Virus record (IMG/VR): IMGVR_UViG_3300037883_000122
Coordinates: 1 to 64,000 of that record
Direction: 5' to 3' (one strand)
Length of the DNA stretch: 64,000 bases
Source of the DNA: a virus
Position numbers and translations under genes: made by a program. Below the pieces are notes generated by a model that saw nothing but the letters and a program-made list of their open reading frames with translations, was not told the origin of the DNA and did no database searches. Below, one piece after another: positions 28,633 through 39,115 of this stretch (the stretch's first letter is position 1; every line of letters starts with the position of its first letter).

Positions 28633-29145
28633 TTAAGACGGCTCGTAAGGCGTGAAGCCACTGAGGTCTGGATTGGTGAGCACAACGTCCAACTCCGGAC
28701 CTACAAAGTTCGGAGCCAGACTACCGATATAGCACAGCGCAGTGTCCGCAGCAGCAATCGTGATCGGACCCGACAGACTCTGGTAGGTCACATTCACGAC
28801 GTCGCTCGGCTGTAACTGAATCTGGTACGCAGCGTTGATCGCAGCCAGCAAGTCCGTTGTTTGAAACGGCAGCGTAGGCAAGACAATCGGGTCAGTCGAA
28901 GTCGGCACCAACTCACTGAGGGGAAGTCGCCGGTAAGCAATCTTGGTCGAGCCCGTATACAACTCGGACTCCATCAGATTGTCGGTGATCTCCACTACAG
29001 TGTTAGCCGCCCATGGGGGCGGATTGTCGATAGCCTTAGGCACACCAAAGTCTAGTGTGTCGTACTCGAATGAAATCCCATTGCTGCGCCAGATCAGATC
29101 GATGATGATCTGCGTGGCGGGTTTATTGAGATCGAGACTCATCAC
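28633..29145 (-). CDS. Putative virion (tail/baseplate accessory) protein
   Basis: FGVP, YRRLPL and IN..Y..QL...DV motifs common in jumbo-phage structural proteins; last gene of the tail-fibre operon. Confidence 0.55.
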   Translation of the reverse strand: MMSLDLNKPATQIIIDLIWRSNGISFEYDTLDFGVPKAIDNPPPWAANTVVEITDNLMESELYTGSTKIAYRRLPLSELVPTSTDPIVLPTLPFQTTDLLAAINAAYQIQLQPSDVVNVTYQSLSGPITIAAADTALCYIGSLAPNFVGPELDVVLTNPDLSGFTPYEPS

Positions 29146-29151
29146 GCCCCC

Positions 29152-29661
29152 TTACGGAATAGCCGTGATAAGCACATTGACCCCAACATCGGACGCACCA
29201 CCCCAAGGGTTGTCATCGTTGTAGATGATACACGTCCAGTCATTCCCTGCGTTCGGCGCTTGCTGCAACGTGACGTTAGAACGTCCCGCGTACTTCTGCG
29301 GTGTACAGCTCACGTTACGGTACTGGGCAATGCGGTCAATCGGAGACATCTGTGCGGTGTACCATTCCAAGTGCGGGCCGTGGTCACCATTGAAGCCGTA
29401 CGCATTGTAAGCGCCGGTACGGAAGTTGATACTGATGTAGCCGTTTCGGTCGATGTACATCGCGTACTGTGCGAACAGTGCGTTGTTGTACGTCGGCAGA
29501 TTCGACTTCCCATACCAGTAGCTCCATGCATACGTCTGACCCGAGCCCACACCAGCCAGTTGCGACAGCGTAGGATCACCAGCATCCCACCTCTGTTGTG
29601 CGATATTGCATTCCGCCATCGCTTGAACCATGGAGATCGGACCACTCGATTGCATGGTCAT
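29152..29661 (-). CDS. Tail-fibre-associated protein
   Basis: MTMQSSGPISM N-terminus and YWYGKSN, typical of small genes following S74-chaperone tail fibres. Confidence 0.55.
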   Translation of the reverse strand: MTMQSSGPISMVQAMAECNIAQQRWDAGDPTLSQLAGVGSGQTYAWSYWYGKSNLPTYNNALFAQYAMYIDRNGYISINFRTGAYNAYGFNGDHGPHLEWYTAQMSPIDRIAQYRNVSCTPQKYAGRSNVTLQQAPNAGNDWTCIIYNDDNPWGGASDVGVNVLITAIP

Positions 29662-29664
29662 GGC

Positions 29665-31164
29665 TTAGCCCTCCAGCTGGAGCAGACGCTGTTCGTGATC
29701 CTGCGTTTGCTGATCCAGAGCCTTGATGCCTTCGATGAGCAACGCCACGAGCTTGTCGTACTGAATCGTGATGTAGAACTCACCCGACTTCGACACACCC
29801 GGAATCACTCGACCTTTCTCATCACGTACCTGATCGAACGGAGCCGGACCAACCAGTTGCGGACACACAGCGAAGACCTGCTGAGCCAGCAGACCCATGT
29901 GTTCGATTTCGGTGTCGCAGCCCGTGAGCTCCGCAGCCAGCTGGTTGTGGGTGTACAGAATACCCATCAACTGGCGGATCTTCTCCAGCGGCAATTCGAT
30001 CGCACGGATGTTCTCTTTCAGACGTTCGTCGGACCAGAAGGCCCAAATGTCGTGCGCCGAATAGATAGTTCCGCCAGCCGTAATGTCACCGAAGGATACT
30101 GACTGACCGATGCCCGTGTAAGCAATCGTGTTACCGATCACCACGCGCGCATTGATCTGGTTCTGGAGATTGTTGACGTTGGTCGCCATCTCGTTGTACG
30201 TCACCATCCCGCCCAAGTCGCTCGAGTCGACTTGCAGACGTAGACGCGAGCCGTCCCAGCCCAGATAGATCTTGTTCGTGCCTTGATTGGCCCCGCCGCC
30301 TTGCTGCACCGGCGTGAACGGAATCCGCACTGCAGCCACAGCCGTCGCGATCTTCGAATCGATGGTCGGACCATCGTACGTATTCAACTGAGCAACCGTC
30401 ACTTGGTGAGGATTACTCTTATTGGCCACGTGATTCGTCAACGTAGTGTTGATCGGTCCGGTGATCGCATCCGACTGCTGGGTGGTGTAGGCACCAACCT
30501 GCTGCGCGGTCGTGCGGTGCGGATTACCGAAGTCAGACAAGTGGGCATTCAGTGCGCCGTTACCCGAATCGATCTCGGCTTGCAGCGTGCTCTGGACGTG
30601 ATCGATGTAGGCGTAGATCTGGTCGTACTGCGCCGTGTCACCCACTTCGATCGCATCGCGCACCCGGTCAATGGCGTGGACCAGATACTCGAAGCCATAC
30701 ACGTCGCCGATGTCATGCAAGTGGAAGGCAGGCGGGAATTCGCTCGGTCGATCCAGGATGTCACCCCAGGCAACCGGACGATCGTCCAGACCCAGGTTTG
30801 CAATCTGCTGAATGATCGCTTGCGCGCTCGTGCTGTACGGGCCACCCAAGGCCTGATACTGCAGCGAGACTTGATTGCTCACGGTCGGATCGGTGACCAG
30901 GATGACTGCACAGATCTCTTGACCGTAGCGTGCCGAGGGGAGCTCGTAGAGTTCCGCGGCGTAATACTGGGTACCCGGTGTGAGCACCTGATTGGTGGCG
31001 GTGTCCGTCACAATCAGACTGGCCGTATAGAACGCACCGTACATCGGCGCAATCGCCCGTACGTTCCGGTTAGCCGTCAGATTCTGGATTTCCCCCGTCA
31101 CCAAGTTATTGGTGCTCGTACCCGTCGGATCGAGCGGGTAGCGAATGACAAGTGGCGTCGACAT
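29665..31164 (-). CDS. Tail fibre with C-terminal peptidase S74 intramolecular chaperone
   Basis: YPLDPTG N-terminus, NPH repeats, SDERLKENI cleavage motif, GLLAQQV and YDKLVALLIEGIKAL. Confidence 0.85.
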   Translation of the reverse strand: MSTPLVIRYPLDPTGTSTNNLVTGEIQNLTANRNVRAIAPMYGAFYTASLIVTDTATNQVLTPGTQYYAAELYELPSARYGQEICAVILVTDPTVSNQVSLQYQALGGPYSTSAQAIIQQIANLGLDDRPVAWGDILDRPSEFPPAFHLHDIGDVYGFEYLVHAIDRVRDAIEVGDTAQYDQIYAYIDHVQSTLQAEIDSGNGALNAHLSDFGNPHRTTAQQVGAYTTQQSDAITGPINTTLTNHVANKSNPHQVTVAQLNTYDGPTIDSKIATAVAAVRIPFTPVQQGGGANQGTNKIYLGWDGSRLRLQVDSSDLGGMVTYNEMATNVNNLQNQINARVVIGNTIAYTGIGQSVSFGDITAGGTIYSAHDIWAFWSDERLKENIRAIELPLEKIRQLMGILYTHNQLAAELTGCDTEIEHMGLLAQQVFAVCPQLVGPAPFDQVRDEKGRVIPGVSKSGEFYITIQYDKLVALLIEGIKALDQQTQDHEQRLLQLEG

Positions 31165-31263
31165 TTGTTACTAACTCCTCACACTGAGGTCACGTATTCG
31201 TTATACTGACGACACAAACGCCTCCAACGGGTAGTCCCCGAAGGAGGCGTCTATGATCGTGGC

Positions 31264-33102
31264 TTAGCTGCCGCTGATCTGCGTAGCGAGCGCATTGAAG
31301 GCAGTGGTGAGCGTCTGGATCGCCGCCGTCACTTCCGATTCAAGCGCGAAACGATCGGTCGTCGCGTACGTGATTCCGGCCGGAGCCACAGCCACGCTGG
31401 CGGTACCGGTGATCGTGCCCGAGTCTTGCGACAGACGCGTGATCGACAAAGCGTTCAGGTTTGCACCGCGCTTCATCCACAGGCGAATCGTCGGGACCGA
31501 CGTACCACCGCCATTTACGACGTTTTCGATGGTGTAGCCGAACTGCTCACCCGGATCAGTGACCACGAAGTTCGTGATCGACAGCGCGACTTGAGCGTTG
31601 GACGGGCCACGGACATTCACGTTCATCAGGTACAGACCTGACGTCAGCTGGTTGTTCGAATCACCGCCCGAGATCACCCAGTTCGTATCGTTGTACTGGC
31701 TGAGTTCCGGATCGCTTTCCGAAGGCAGCGGGATCTGGCCGAGTTCCGTCCAGTAAGTCGTGCCTGCTGATTCACCACTGGTCGGATTGACCAGTTTCTG
31801 CGGTGCGAAAGCCGTACCCACGCCCGACGAAGCCTGTGCGATCACTTGCTGCAACGTGTAACCGCCCAGCTCGTTCGAGTTCGCTGCCGGACCGTTGTTG
31901 TTCAACACCCACGCCGCAAAATCAGCAGGCGTCATGTTGTTCAACTTACTGGCGTTCGACGCCGTGCCATTGGCCAGCACCCATGCTGCGTACGTCGGTG
32001 CATCCATGCCATTGAATTCGAACGTGTCCGCGGCCTTACCCGAGAGCGCATCCGAAATCACCTGAGCATACGTACGACCACCCAGTTCGTTGGAGTTTGC
32101 AGCCGTACCACCCAACACCGAGGCCGTGAAAGCCGCAGGCGTCTGACCACCAAACTCCAGCGAGTTGGAAGCCACGCCCGTCGAGAGCGCCCAGTCGCGG
32201 TAGGTCGGCGCATCCATGCCGTTAAACAACAGGGTATTGGCTGCTGCGCCACCGGCAGGCGTATAGCCTGCGAGCAACTGGTCGATTTCCGCTTGCGTGT
32301 ACGTGCCGACTTCATGGGCCGTCGTCGCGTGCGGGTTGTCGGTCCGTGCCGCGTGAGCATTGATGGCAGCAGTCGGACCCGCGTTCATCATCGTCGTGAC
32401 ACCACCCGGCGTCATGTACGTGGTATTGCTCACACCCGAAGCCAGATCAGCAGCTTGAGCGATGCCGAAGTTCTGCACCAGACCCAGACCCACTTGAGTT
32501 GCTGTCACGCGGTGCGGGTTCGTGAAGTCCGCCAAGTGAGCTGCCAGGCCTGTCGAGCCCGTCTGACGCAGCATGTCTTCAATGCCACCGAGTGCCGTGA
32601 CGATGTCCGATGCACCCACGAGATCCACGAGATCCCATTCGTGATCGATCACCGGGAACATGACCGGCTGATCCACCACTTGTTCCCAGGCACTGATCCG
32701 TGGATTCGCCAGTCGATCGGCCAACAGAGCCGAGATCGCCGTCGTATCGAGCGTCCAGATGCCGCCCAGCGTTTGATACTGCAGTTTGATCACGCCCGAC
32801 AACAGCGGGTTGATAAACTGCACGCCACCCCAAATCGGTTTGGCACACGCACGAGAGGCCGAGATAAACTCGAAACACGCGTAGTAGTCTTCCCCCTCGA
32901 CCAGCGTACGTGTGTTGCCCTGCGTGTCCGTCAGCGTCACCACCAGACTGTCGTAGAAGAACGGCGCCCAGCGTGGCACGATAAATTGATAATCGGTCCA
33001 ATTCACCGCCGTGAGGATCTGCTGCTCCCCGGTGATGAGGTTTGACGCCAGCGAACCCGTGGGGTCGAACGGGTAGGCCAGGTCATTCAAATTCAAAGGC
33101 AT
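31264..33102 (-). CDS. Tail fibre / baseplate-attached fibre protein
   Basis: YPFDPTG N-terminal domain paralogous to the downstream fibre gene; NPH repeats; internal ~23-aa repeats. Confidence 0.75.
   Translation of the reverse strand: MPLNLNDLAYPFDPTGSLASNLITGEQQILTAVNWTDYQFIVPRWAPFFYDSLVVTLTDTQGNTRTLVEGEDYYACFEFISASRACAKPIWGGVQFINPLLSGVIKLQYQTLGGIWTLDTTAISALLADRLANPRISAWEQVVDQPVMFPVIDHEWDLVDLVGASDIVTALGGIEDMLRQTGSTGLAAHLADFTNPHRVTATQVGLGLVQNFGIAQAADLASGVSNTTYMTPGGVTTMMNAGPTAAINAHAARTDNPHATTAHEVGTYTQAEIDQLLAGYTPAGGAAANTLLFNGMDAPTYRDWALSTGVASNSLEFGGQTPAAFTASVLGGTAANSNELGGRTYAQVISDALSGKAADTFEFNGMDAPTYAAWVLANGTASNASKLNNMTPADFAAWVLNNNGPAANSNELGGYTLQQVIAQASSGVGTAFAPQKLVNPTSGESAGTTYWTELGQIPLPSESDPELSQYNDTNWVISGGDSNNQLTSGLYLMNVNVRGPSNAQVALSITNFVVTDPGEQFGYTIENVVNGGGTSVPTIRLWMKRGANLNALSITRLSQDSGTITGTASVAVAPAGITYATTDRFALESEVTAAIQTLTTAFNALATQISGS
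31830..32245 (-). repeat. Six ~23-aa tandem coding repeats arranged as 2x3
   Basis: AANTLLFNGMDAPTY / ASNSLEFGGQTPAAF / AANSNELGGRTYAQV / AADTFEFNGMDAPTY / ASNASKLNNMTPADF / AANSNELGGYTLQQV. Confidence 0.75.
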
Positions 33103-33211
33103 TCTTATCTCCCAGCGGGTGAAGGCGATATTCTATAGGTTTTAGTCTGTATCTAAGACTACAACAAGCTACAATCATAGTATTCAGAAAGACTTTTCCC
33201 GGAGCCACGGC

Positions 33212-34477
33212 ATGTATACGCTAGTTTCAGCCATCGGTAAATCGTTCGCCAGTGAAGGCCGCTGGGTAGATGTGGACATCGGCGCTATGCCCCTGTACCA
33301 GATTTACGCGACATACGTGAAGGTCTACGCAGTTCTCACCAATCCATTCGTCGAAGGACAGGTGAGTTTGGACCTCTCACAGATCCAAGCAACCGACGGT
33401 GGTCTGTCGATCACCTTCAACGACTTCCTCGCTCAGAACGGGGATACCGTGTTGCCGACTTCGACCACGGTCCCGACTCTCAGCGCCCGCTACGCTGAGT
33501 ACAAGGATGCCTTCCGGGCGGGTTACAAGGTCCAGCCAGTCAACGCCACTGCTGCCCCGGATGCCCAACTGCCCCTGTCGGACAAGACCTGGCTCTATCT
33601 GACCAAGACAGACCCGCAAGGTAAGTCGATTGACTTTGACCTCTGGTACAAGTCGATGATGGTCACGGTCAATGGTTTCTTCCACCGCATCGATGCGACA
33701 CCCACAGGTGGTTACGTGGTCGATGGGATGCTGAGTAACTTCAAGTGCCATCAGAATCAGATTGGTCTGTTGAACTTCCAGAACCTGGGCAGCCTCACTT
33801 ACGTGCCGATTACCGCCGGGATGATCTACAAGCAGTCCAGTGATCAGCTCTATCGCAACCAGATGTACGTGAACCTCGGTCAGGACATCACGAACAAGAC
33901 GGTGCTGCTTTCGCTGGGTGGTTATCTGACGGTGCTGGATGGCAAGACGATGGCGCGCGTCGGAACCGATACGGTCGCGATCAACTTCAACAACCTGTCA
34001 GTCATCGAGCGCTTTCACGAATCGCTGCCCTATCTGGACTTCTCGGCGCTGCCGTATCAGAAGGACCCGAATGATCCGAGTCTGATTGTGGTAGCGGACT
34101 TCCTCTCGGATGCGAACCTGGTGGCGTATGCGACCATGAGCCAGTCGTTCTTCGTGATCCTGGACAACTCGGAAATCTTCCTCGACTACGAGTATCCGCG
34201 CATTGGCGGGATCACCAACAAGCTGACCTCGTTCCTGGAGCCGAAGTACCCGCTCATCAACGGTATCGGTAAGGTGGCAGACTACTGGTCGGTCTACGAA
34301 GACAAGCAGTGGGCTATCTCGGTGTACGACAACCGGTATCACAACCGGACCTACGACACGATAGATCTGAAGAACTCGATAATGGTCAACAGTGCCCGTC
34401 AATCGCAACAGATCGTGCGGCCTGGTCGCGCTTACTTCCTGAAGATCGGCACGGACTTCGATAGTTCGTCGACCTAA
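33212..34477 (+). CDS. Putative virion structural protein
   Basis: 421 aa; MVTVNGFFH and SQSFFVILDN motifs; GGAG RBS. Confidence 0.6.
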   Translation: MYTLVSAIGKSFASEGRWVDVDIGAMPLYQIYATYVKVYAVLTNPFVEGQVSLDLSQIQATDGGLSITFNDFLAQNGDTVLPTSTTVPTLSARYAEYKDAFRAGYKVQPVNATAAPDAQLPLSDKTWLYLTKTDPQGKSIDFDLWYKSMMVTVNGFFHRIDATPTGGYVVDGMLSNFKCHQNQIGLLNFQNLGSLTYVPITAGMIYKQSSDQLYRNQMYVNLGQDITNKTVLLSLGGYLTVLDGKTMARVGTDTVAINFNNLSVIERFHESLPYLDFSALPYQKDPNDPSLIVVADFLSDANLVAYATMSQSFFVILDNSEIFLDYEYPRIGGITNKLTSFLEPKYPLINGIGKVADYWSVYEDKQWAISVYDNRYHNRTYDTIDLKNSIMVNSARQSQQIVRPGRAYFLKIGTDFDSSST

Positions 34478-34530
34478 CGGCATAAACCCCCAACCTACCC
34501 AAGACATCGGGCGGGTTGGGGGTTATGACG
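34477..34530. terminator. Bidirectional hairpin with CATA/TATG feet
   Basis: ACGGCATAAACCCCCAACC...GGTTGGGGGTTATGACG. Confidence 0.75.
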
Positions 34531-34538
34531 CCGAAGCG

Positions 34539-35459
34539 TTAAGCAGGGGTGTCGCCAGCAGCACGAACGAACGCGAGGAACTGGGCGTGAGCCATGCCCC
34601 AGACCAGTGCGAGTTGATCTTGCGAGAGCGTACGGATGTCAGCGCGCGATTCGAACGGAGCGAACGAAACGTAGATCGGACCATCGCCATGCGGCAGGTT
34701 GGTGACGATCACTTGCGCCTTGCTGTTACGCAGGAACAGTTGACCCAGACGCGTCGATTCGTCGCGGTAGAAACCATTCGGCCACTGGTTCACTTCCAGA
34801 TCGCGCGGCGACATCGTGGTGATGTCTTGCGTGTACTGCTTCAGGCCTGCGTATTCCGGTGCCACGAAGCCACGGCCTTGACCGAACACGGTCGGCGAGA
34901 GGAACTTCGCGAAGATCGAACCCGTGCCGAAGAAGTGACCGAAGTAGTCGACATCGCTCGGGGCGGCGAGCGGAGCACCAGCAGCCGGAGCCGCACCTTC
35001 CACGGTCGGCTTGTTGCGTTGCACACCTGCGTGGATGCCCGAAGCCGACACCGGTGCTTGCGGACGGCTTGCCGAGACGGCGGCCGTGTGCGACTTCATT
35101 TCTTCGAGCAACGGCAGCACTGCCGCGCTGGCGGCAGCAGCAGCTTGTTCGATCGGCGAGATCCGCTTTGCGGGCAGATTCGCTTGACCCACGTCAGCCA
35201 CCTTAGCGATGGTCGGTGCCGTGCGTGCCGGAGCACTCGCGTGCGATGCAGCCTGACGTTCGACAGGCAGATGCGCTTCGATCGCTTCGATGATCGACAG
35301 CGAGTACGAGATGTCGGCCATCACGGCCGACACCAGATTCTGCGTGAGGTTCAGCAGGTTGTGCAGGGCCGCTTGTTGCTTGCCCAGACGATGCTTGAGC
35401 AGATCCAGCGGATTGAGCGTGGCTTCAGCCGGATCGACTTGTGCGTGTTCGTGACTCAT
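34539..35459 (-). CDS. Hypothetical protein with Ala/Pro-rich linker
   Basis: AAGGA RBS; co-oriented downstream of sbcC. Confidence 0.7.
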   Translation of the reverse strand: MSHEHAQVDPAEATLNPLDLLKHRLGKQQAALHNLLNLTQNLVSAVMADISYSLSIIEAIEAHLPVERQAASHASAPARTAPTIAKVADVGQANLPAKRISPIEQAAAAASAAVLPLLEEMKSHTAAVSASRPQAPVSASGIHAGVQRNKPTVEGAAPAAGAPLAAPSDVDYFGHFFGTGSIFAKFLSPTVFGQGRGFVAPEYAGLKQYTQDITTMSPRDLEVNQWPNGFYRDESTRLGQLFLRNSKAQVIVTNLPHGDGPIYVSFAPFESRADIRTLSQDQLALVWGMAHAQFLAFVRAAGDTPA

Positions 35460-35481
35460 AGTCCTTCTTTCCTTTCAGGCG

Positions 35482-37968
35482 TTAATGAATGGTAACGTGT
35501 TCGTTGTACTTCGCCGGAACAGTGATGTTCTTGGCATCCAGCACGCAAGTCTGCGCATTCGTAAATGAGCCGTAACCACTTTCGTAGTGCGAGATCATGT
35601 ACAACTGCGAAAAGCTCTGCGTATCCATCAGGTTCTTGATACAGTTCGATGCCGCGGTGCGGTGCTCCAGGTCAAAGCTCGCGCCAAACTCATCCAGGAG
35701 CAATGGTGCTTCACCTAAACCCAGATACTTCATGGCGACGACCTTGAAGGCCAGATCCACCACCTCTTGCATCCCACTGCTGCCGTTCTTGACGTCATCC
35801 ACAATGTTCGCACGGGACTGCACCATGAGCGGGAACTTGTAGTCCAGCTCTGCCCCACGGTCCGTTGCAACGCCACACGGTTGAATCTCCAGCGGGTACG
35901 TCCAGATCTTCTTGATGAGCAGGTTCATCTGCTTGACAAAGCGACGAATGAAACCCAACAAGCCTTCTGCGATCAGTCCATCGGTCGGTGACATTTCCTT
36001 GACCATCAACTTCAAGGTCTGTTCCCGCAATGCATACTGACGGATCGTATTTTCTAGCTCGGCGATGATGCCCTTCTGAAGCTTCATTTCCTGCAAGGCT
36101 TCACTCTTACGAGCGAGGCTCAGCTGCAACGCATTGATGCAGTTCTGGATCGCCTCACGCCGAATCATCTCCACCAGTTCTTTGGTACAGTCTTCGGCTT
36201 TGTCGATCAGCGCTTCGATCTTCTTACCGGTTTCCTGCACATCCGACATCTGACGTCGATACGCGCTTTTAGAATTGAGGTAGGTGTTCAACCGCTGCAA
36301 CTTAACGGTCAGGTCTTCCACTGTCTTGGTGGTTTCCACCAGCCGCTCGGTCACTTCGTTCAGGTTCGCATCACCCAGCTGTTCAGCCTGCTTGATGAGT
36401 TCCTTGATCTCCGTGATCTCGCCCTCGTACTTGTGGGCTTCAAGCTCCAGCATCAGGTCTTTCTTCAGCTGGTCCAGTTTCATCAAAGCGATCCGCGGTG
36501 CACGCACCACCATCTCTTCGTCGAGCAGGTAATCCCAGAACGGTTGCAGCGCAGGCCAGTTCTTCACACAGCGACTGAAGTCCATGTAGAGGTTCACGTA
36601 CTGGGTGAAGGTCTCCACTTCGTCTTCGAGCAGCTTGATCGCTTCCTGCACTTTGGTGATCTCATCAGTACGTTCCGTAATCGCTGTCTCGTACTTCTTG
36701 ATCACTTCCGGATCGTAACCAATCTTCCACAGGTGGTGACAGTTCGGACACTCGACATTACCGTCGTCCTTGTGCGATTCCATGTGCTGCTTCTTGCCAC
36801 TGAAGAAGTTGATCTCCTTTTGCTTCTGGAGGATCACATCCTTCTGCTGCAGGATCTTGGCCTTGGTCTCGTTGTTCCTCGCCTGACTAAAGCGTCGGTC
36901 CTCATTCTGCGGGATGGCGGAGAACGTTGCGAAGAGCAATTCAAAGATCGACTCCAGCGCATTGTTGGCATTGACTGGATGAAAGCCTTCCAGACCCAAG
37001 GTGCGTTGGCCCAAGACCTGATTGCGTTTCTCCTGAGCCAGATGCAAACGACGCAACAGTGCATCGACACCTTGCGCACCGGTTTTCTTCAGGAGCTCAT
37101 GCTTCTCAGTGAGCTTGCCGTGTTCTTCCGCAGACTTGGCCAAGAGCGCCTGCGTGGCCGCAATCTCCTGCTTGGTCTGATCGATGTCTTCGCTGATCTG
37201 TTCGACCGAGTCATAGCCCTTCCAGCCAAAGAAGGCCGAGCGATGACGCAACAGGTTGTTAGAGATCGTGTAGAGCTCGTCCAGGACCTCTTCTTGCTCG
37301 GTCATGAAGGTAGATACCGGACGAGGCAAAGGCGCCCGCTGGCGCTGCAACTGCTCGATCTCTACGTACAGTTGCTCCACTTCCTTGCCGAGTTTCTTTT
37401 CCTCTTCCTCGGTCGTGAGCTTACCCATCTCGGACACCAGCTTATTCTTCGCCAACTTCAAAGCGTGCGTCGAACCGCTGGCCGCTTCCTTCAGGCGCAT
37501 GTAGAGCCCGATCGCGTAGGTGAAGTCCGAGTCCGACAGCATCGTGAGCCACTTGCGACGATCCGTTGGTCCCATCGAGTGGAACTTCACCAGATTGCGC
37601 AGCAGCTCATGAATGTCGTCAGTAATGCCAAATTCGGTTTGGACCAGCTTGCGCTGAACCGTGATGGTGTGACCATCATTGAGTTCGGTACCGTTCTTGA
37701 TGAAGCTGTGCTTGTTGCCTTCGCTGAACCAGCTTTTCAGAACGTAGGTGCTGCCACGGTGTGTAATCGTTATGGTTTTCGAGCCATCTTTACTGTATTC
37801 TTTCGGCTCAGCAGGAAGAGGCGTCAATTCCTTCATCATCGAGGATTTGCCGCTACCATTCGTGCCGAGGATGAGTTGGATGCGTTCGGCGGGTCGGATG
37901 ACAAAGCGCGTATGGCCGTTCAAGGCGATGCGCTTGTACCCAATCAGCTCAAGTGAAGTTATTAGCAT
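35482..37968 (-). CDS. sbcC: SbcC/Rad50-like ATPase (phiKZ gp165-like)
   Basis: Walker A GTNGSGKS, coiled coils with CPNC zinc hook, SSGMQE signature, Walker B LLLDE, ISH. Confidence 0.92.
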   Translation of the reverse strand: MLITSLELIGYKRIALNGHTRFVIRPAERIQLILGTNGSGKSSMMKELTPLPAEPKEYSKDGSKTITITHRGSTYVLKSWFSEGNKHSFIKNGTELNDGHTITVQRKLVQTEFGITDDIHELLRNLVKFHSMGPTDRRKWLTMLSDSDFTYAIGLYMRLKEAASGSTHALKLAKNKLVSEMGKLTTEEEEKKLGKEVEQLYVEIEQLQRQRAPLPRPVSTFMTEQEEVLDELYTISNNLLRHRSAFFGWKGYDSVEQISEDIDQTKQEIAATQALLAKSAEEHGKLTEKHELLKKTGAQGVDALLRRLHLAQEKRNQVLGQRTLGLEGFHPVNANNALESIFELLFATFSAIPQNEDRRFSQARNNETKAKILQQKDVILQKQKEINFFSGKKQHMESHKDDGNVECPNCHHLWKIGYDPEVIKKYETAITERTDEITKVQEAIKLLEDEVETFTQYVNLYMDFSRCVKNWPALQPFWDYLLDEEMVVRAPRIALMKLDQLKKDLMLELEAHKYEGEITEIKELIKQAEQLGDANLNEVTERLVETTKTVEDLTVKLQRLNTYLNSKSAYRRQMSDVQETGKKIEALIDKAEDCTKELVEMIRREAIQNCINALQLSLARKSEALQEMKLQKGIIAELENTIRQYALREQTLKLMVKEMSPTDGLIAEGLLGFIRRFVKQMNLLIKKIWTYPLEIQPCGVATDRGAELDYKFPLMVQSRANIVDDVKNGSSGMQEVVDLAFKVVAMKYLGLGEAPLLLDEFGASFDLEHRTAASNCIKNLMDTQSFSQLYMISHYESGYGSFTNAQTCVLDAKNITVPAKYNEHVTIH

Positions 37969-38042
37969 TTCTACTCGTTTTCCACAGCGTGATTCTGTCG
38001 TCAGACGATGGAATGGCTGTGTGATTTTTACCAGGACTGAAA

Positions 38043-39065
38043 ATGGAAGAACTTGTCAAAGCTCTCCAGGGGCATGGCTCGCCTGAAGCGAGCATGAGTA
38101 AGCTGCAAGTTTACACGTACGGGACAGCGGCAGAGAACTTGGCGCTTAATTCATACGAGCTGGAAATCACCCCGCTTGAACACACGCCGATGGCGGACGG
38201 GGAACTGACCACCAACGCTCAGACTTCCACGACGCAAGGTATCGATCTCACAGGGGTCCAGTATCAGACCCAGATGACGTCCTCAGGTACGATTCGAGCC
38301 ACTTGGTTACCGTTGGGTCAACCTAACCGCATGACGCCGCCTAACGTGCGTCGGGGTGAAGAAGTGGTGGTGTATCGCTTCGGGGATGTGGATAAGTTCT
38401 ACTGGAATACGGCGCGCAATGACCTGATGTTCCGGCGACTGGAAACCGTGGTGTGGGCAATCAGTGGCGAAGTCATCGAAGGCAAGAAGGTCGATCAGAC
38501 CAACTCGTACTTTGTGGAATTCAGCTCGCACAAGAAAACCATCACGATTTCGACCAGTACGGGTAAAGCCAACGGTGAGAAGGTCTCGTACCAGGTCCTG
38601 CTTGATCCGGGTAATGGGATCTTCTCGATCAAGGACGATCTGGATAACTCGATGTTCTTGGACTCTACTCAGAACCAGTGGCATATCCAGAACGGCGATG
38701 GGTCGTTTCTCGACATCACCAAGAAAGCCATGTCAGGGATGGCGGCGGATTCGATCAGCTGGAAGACCAAAGCCTGGTCGATCGATGCGTCCGACACCAT
38801 CAGCGAGCAGACCACTGCACGCACGATGAAGGCGACCACGGAAACCGTGACGGCCACCACTACCCACAACGGGGACACGATCCACGAAGGCAACATCGGC
38901 CTGAATGGTGACCTGACCACCGCACCGGGTAATGATGGTTCGGGTAAGATCAGCATCAAGGGTGAAGCCGAACTGCTGGGCGATCTGGACGTCAAGGGCA
39001 ATCTCACTGCAGTGACGATTGAGGCCACTGAGTCGATCACGGCGCCGAACCTGCAGTACAACTAA
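38043..39065 (+). CDS. Baseplate central spike / puncturing protein (phiKZ gp164-like)
   Basis: NRMTPPNVRRGE.V OB-fold motif and beta-helix-like C-terminal repeats. Confidence 0.7.
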   Translation: MEELVKALQGHGSPEASMSKLQVYTYGTAAENLALNSYELEITPLEHTPMADGELTTNAQTSTTQGIDLTGVQYQTQMTSSGTIRATWLPLGQPNRMTPPNVRRGEEVVVYRFGDVDKFYWNTARNDLMFRRLETVVWAISGEVIEGKKVDQTNSYFVEFSSHKKTITISTSTGKANGEKVSYQVLLDPGNGIFSIKDDLDNSMFLDSTQNQWHIQNGDGSFLDITKKAMSGMAADSISWKTKAWSIDASDTISEQTTARTMKATTETVTATTTHNGDTIHEGNIGLNGDLTTAPGNDGSGKISIKGEAELLGDLDVKGNLTAVTIEATESITAPNLQYN

Positions 39066-39072
39066 AAAAGTA

Positions 39073-39110
39073 GGGACATAGTGGGGAGGCCTGAGCCTCC
39101 CCTTATGCCC
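39073..39110. terminator. Bidirectional hairpin with CATA/TATG feet
   Basis: GGGACATAGT-GGGGAGGC-CTGA-GCCTCCCC-TTATGCCC. Confidence 0.75.
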
Positions 39111-39115
39111 TCGAT

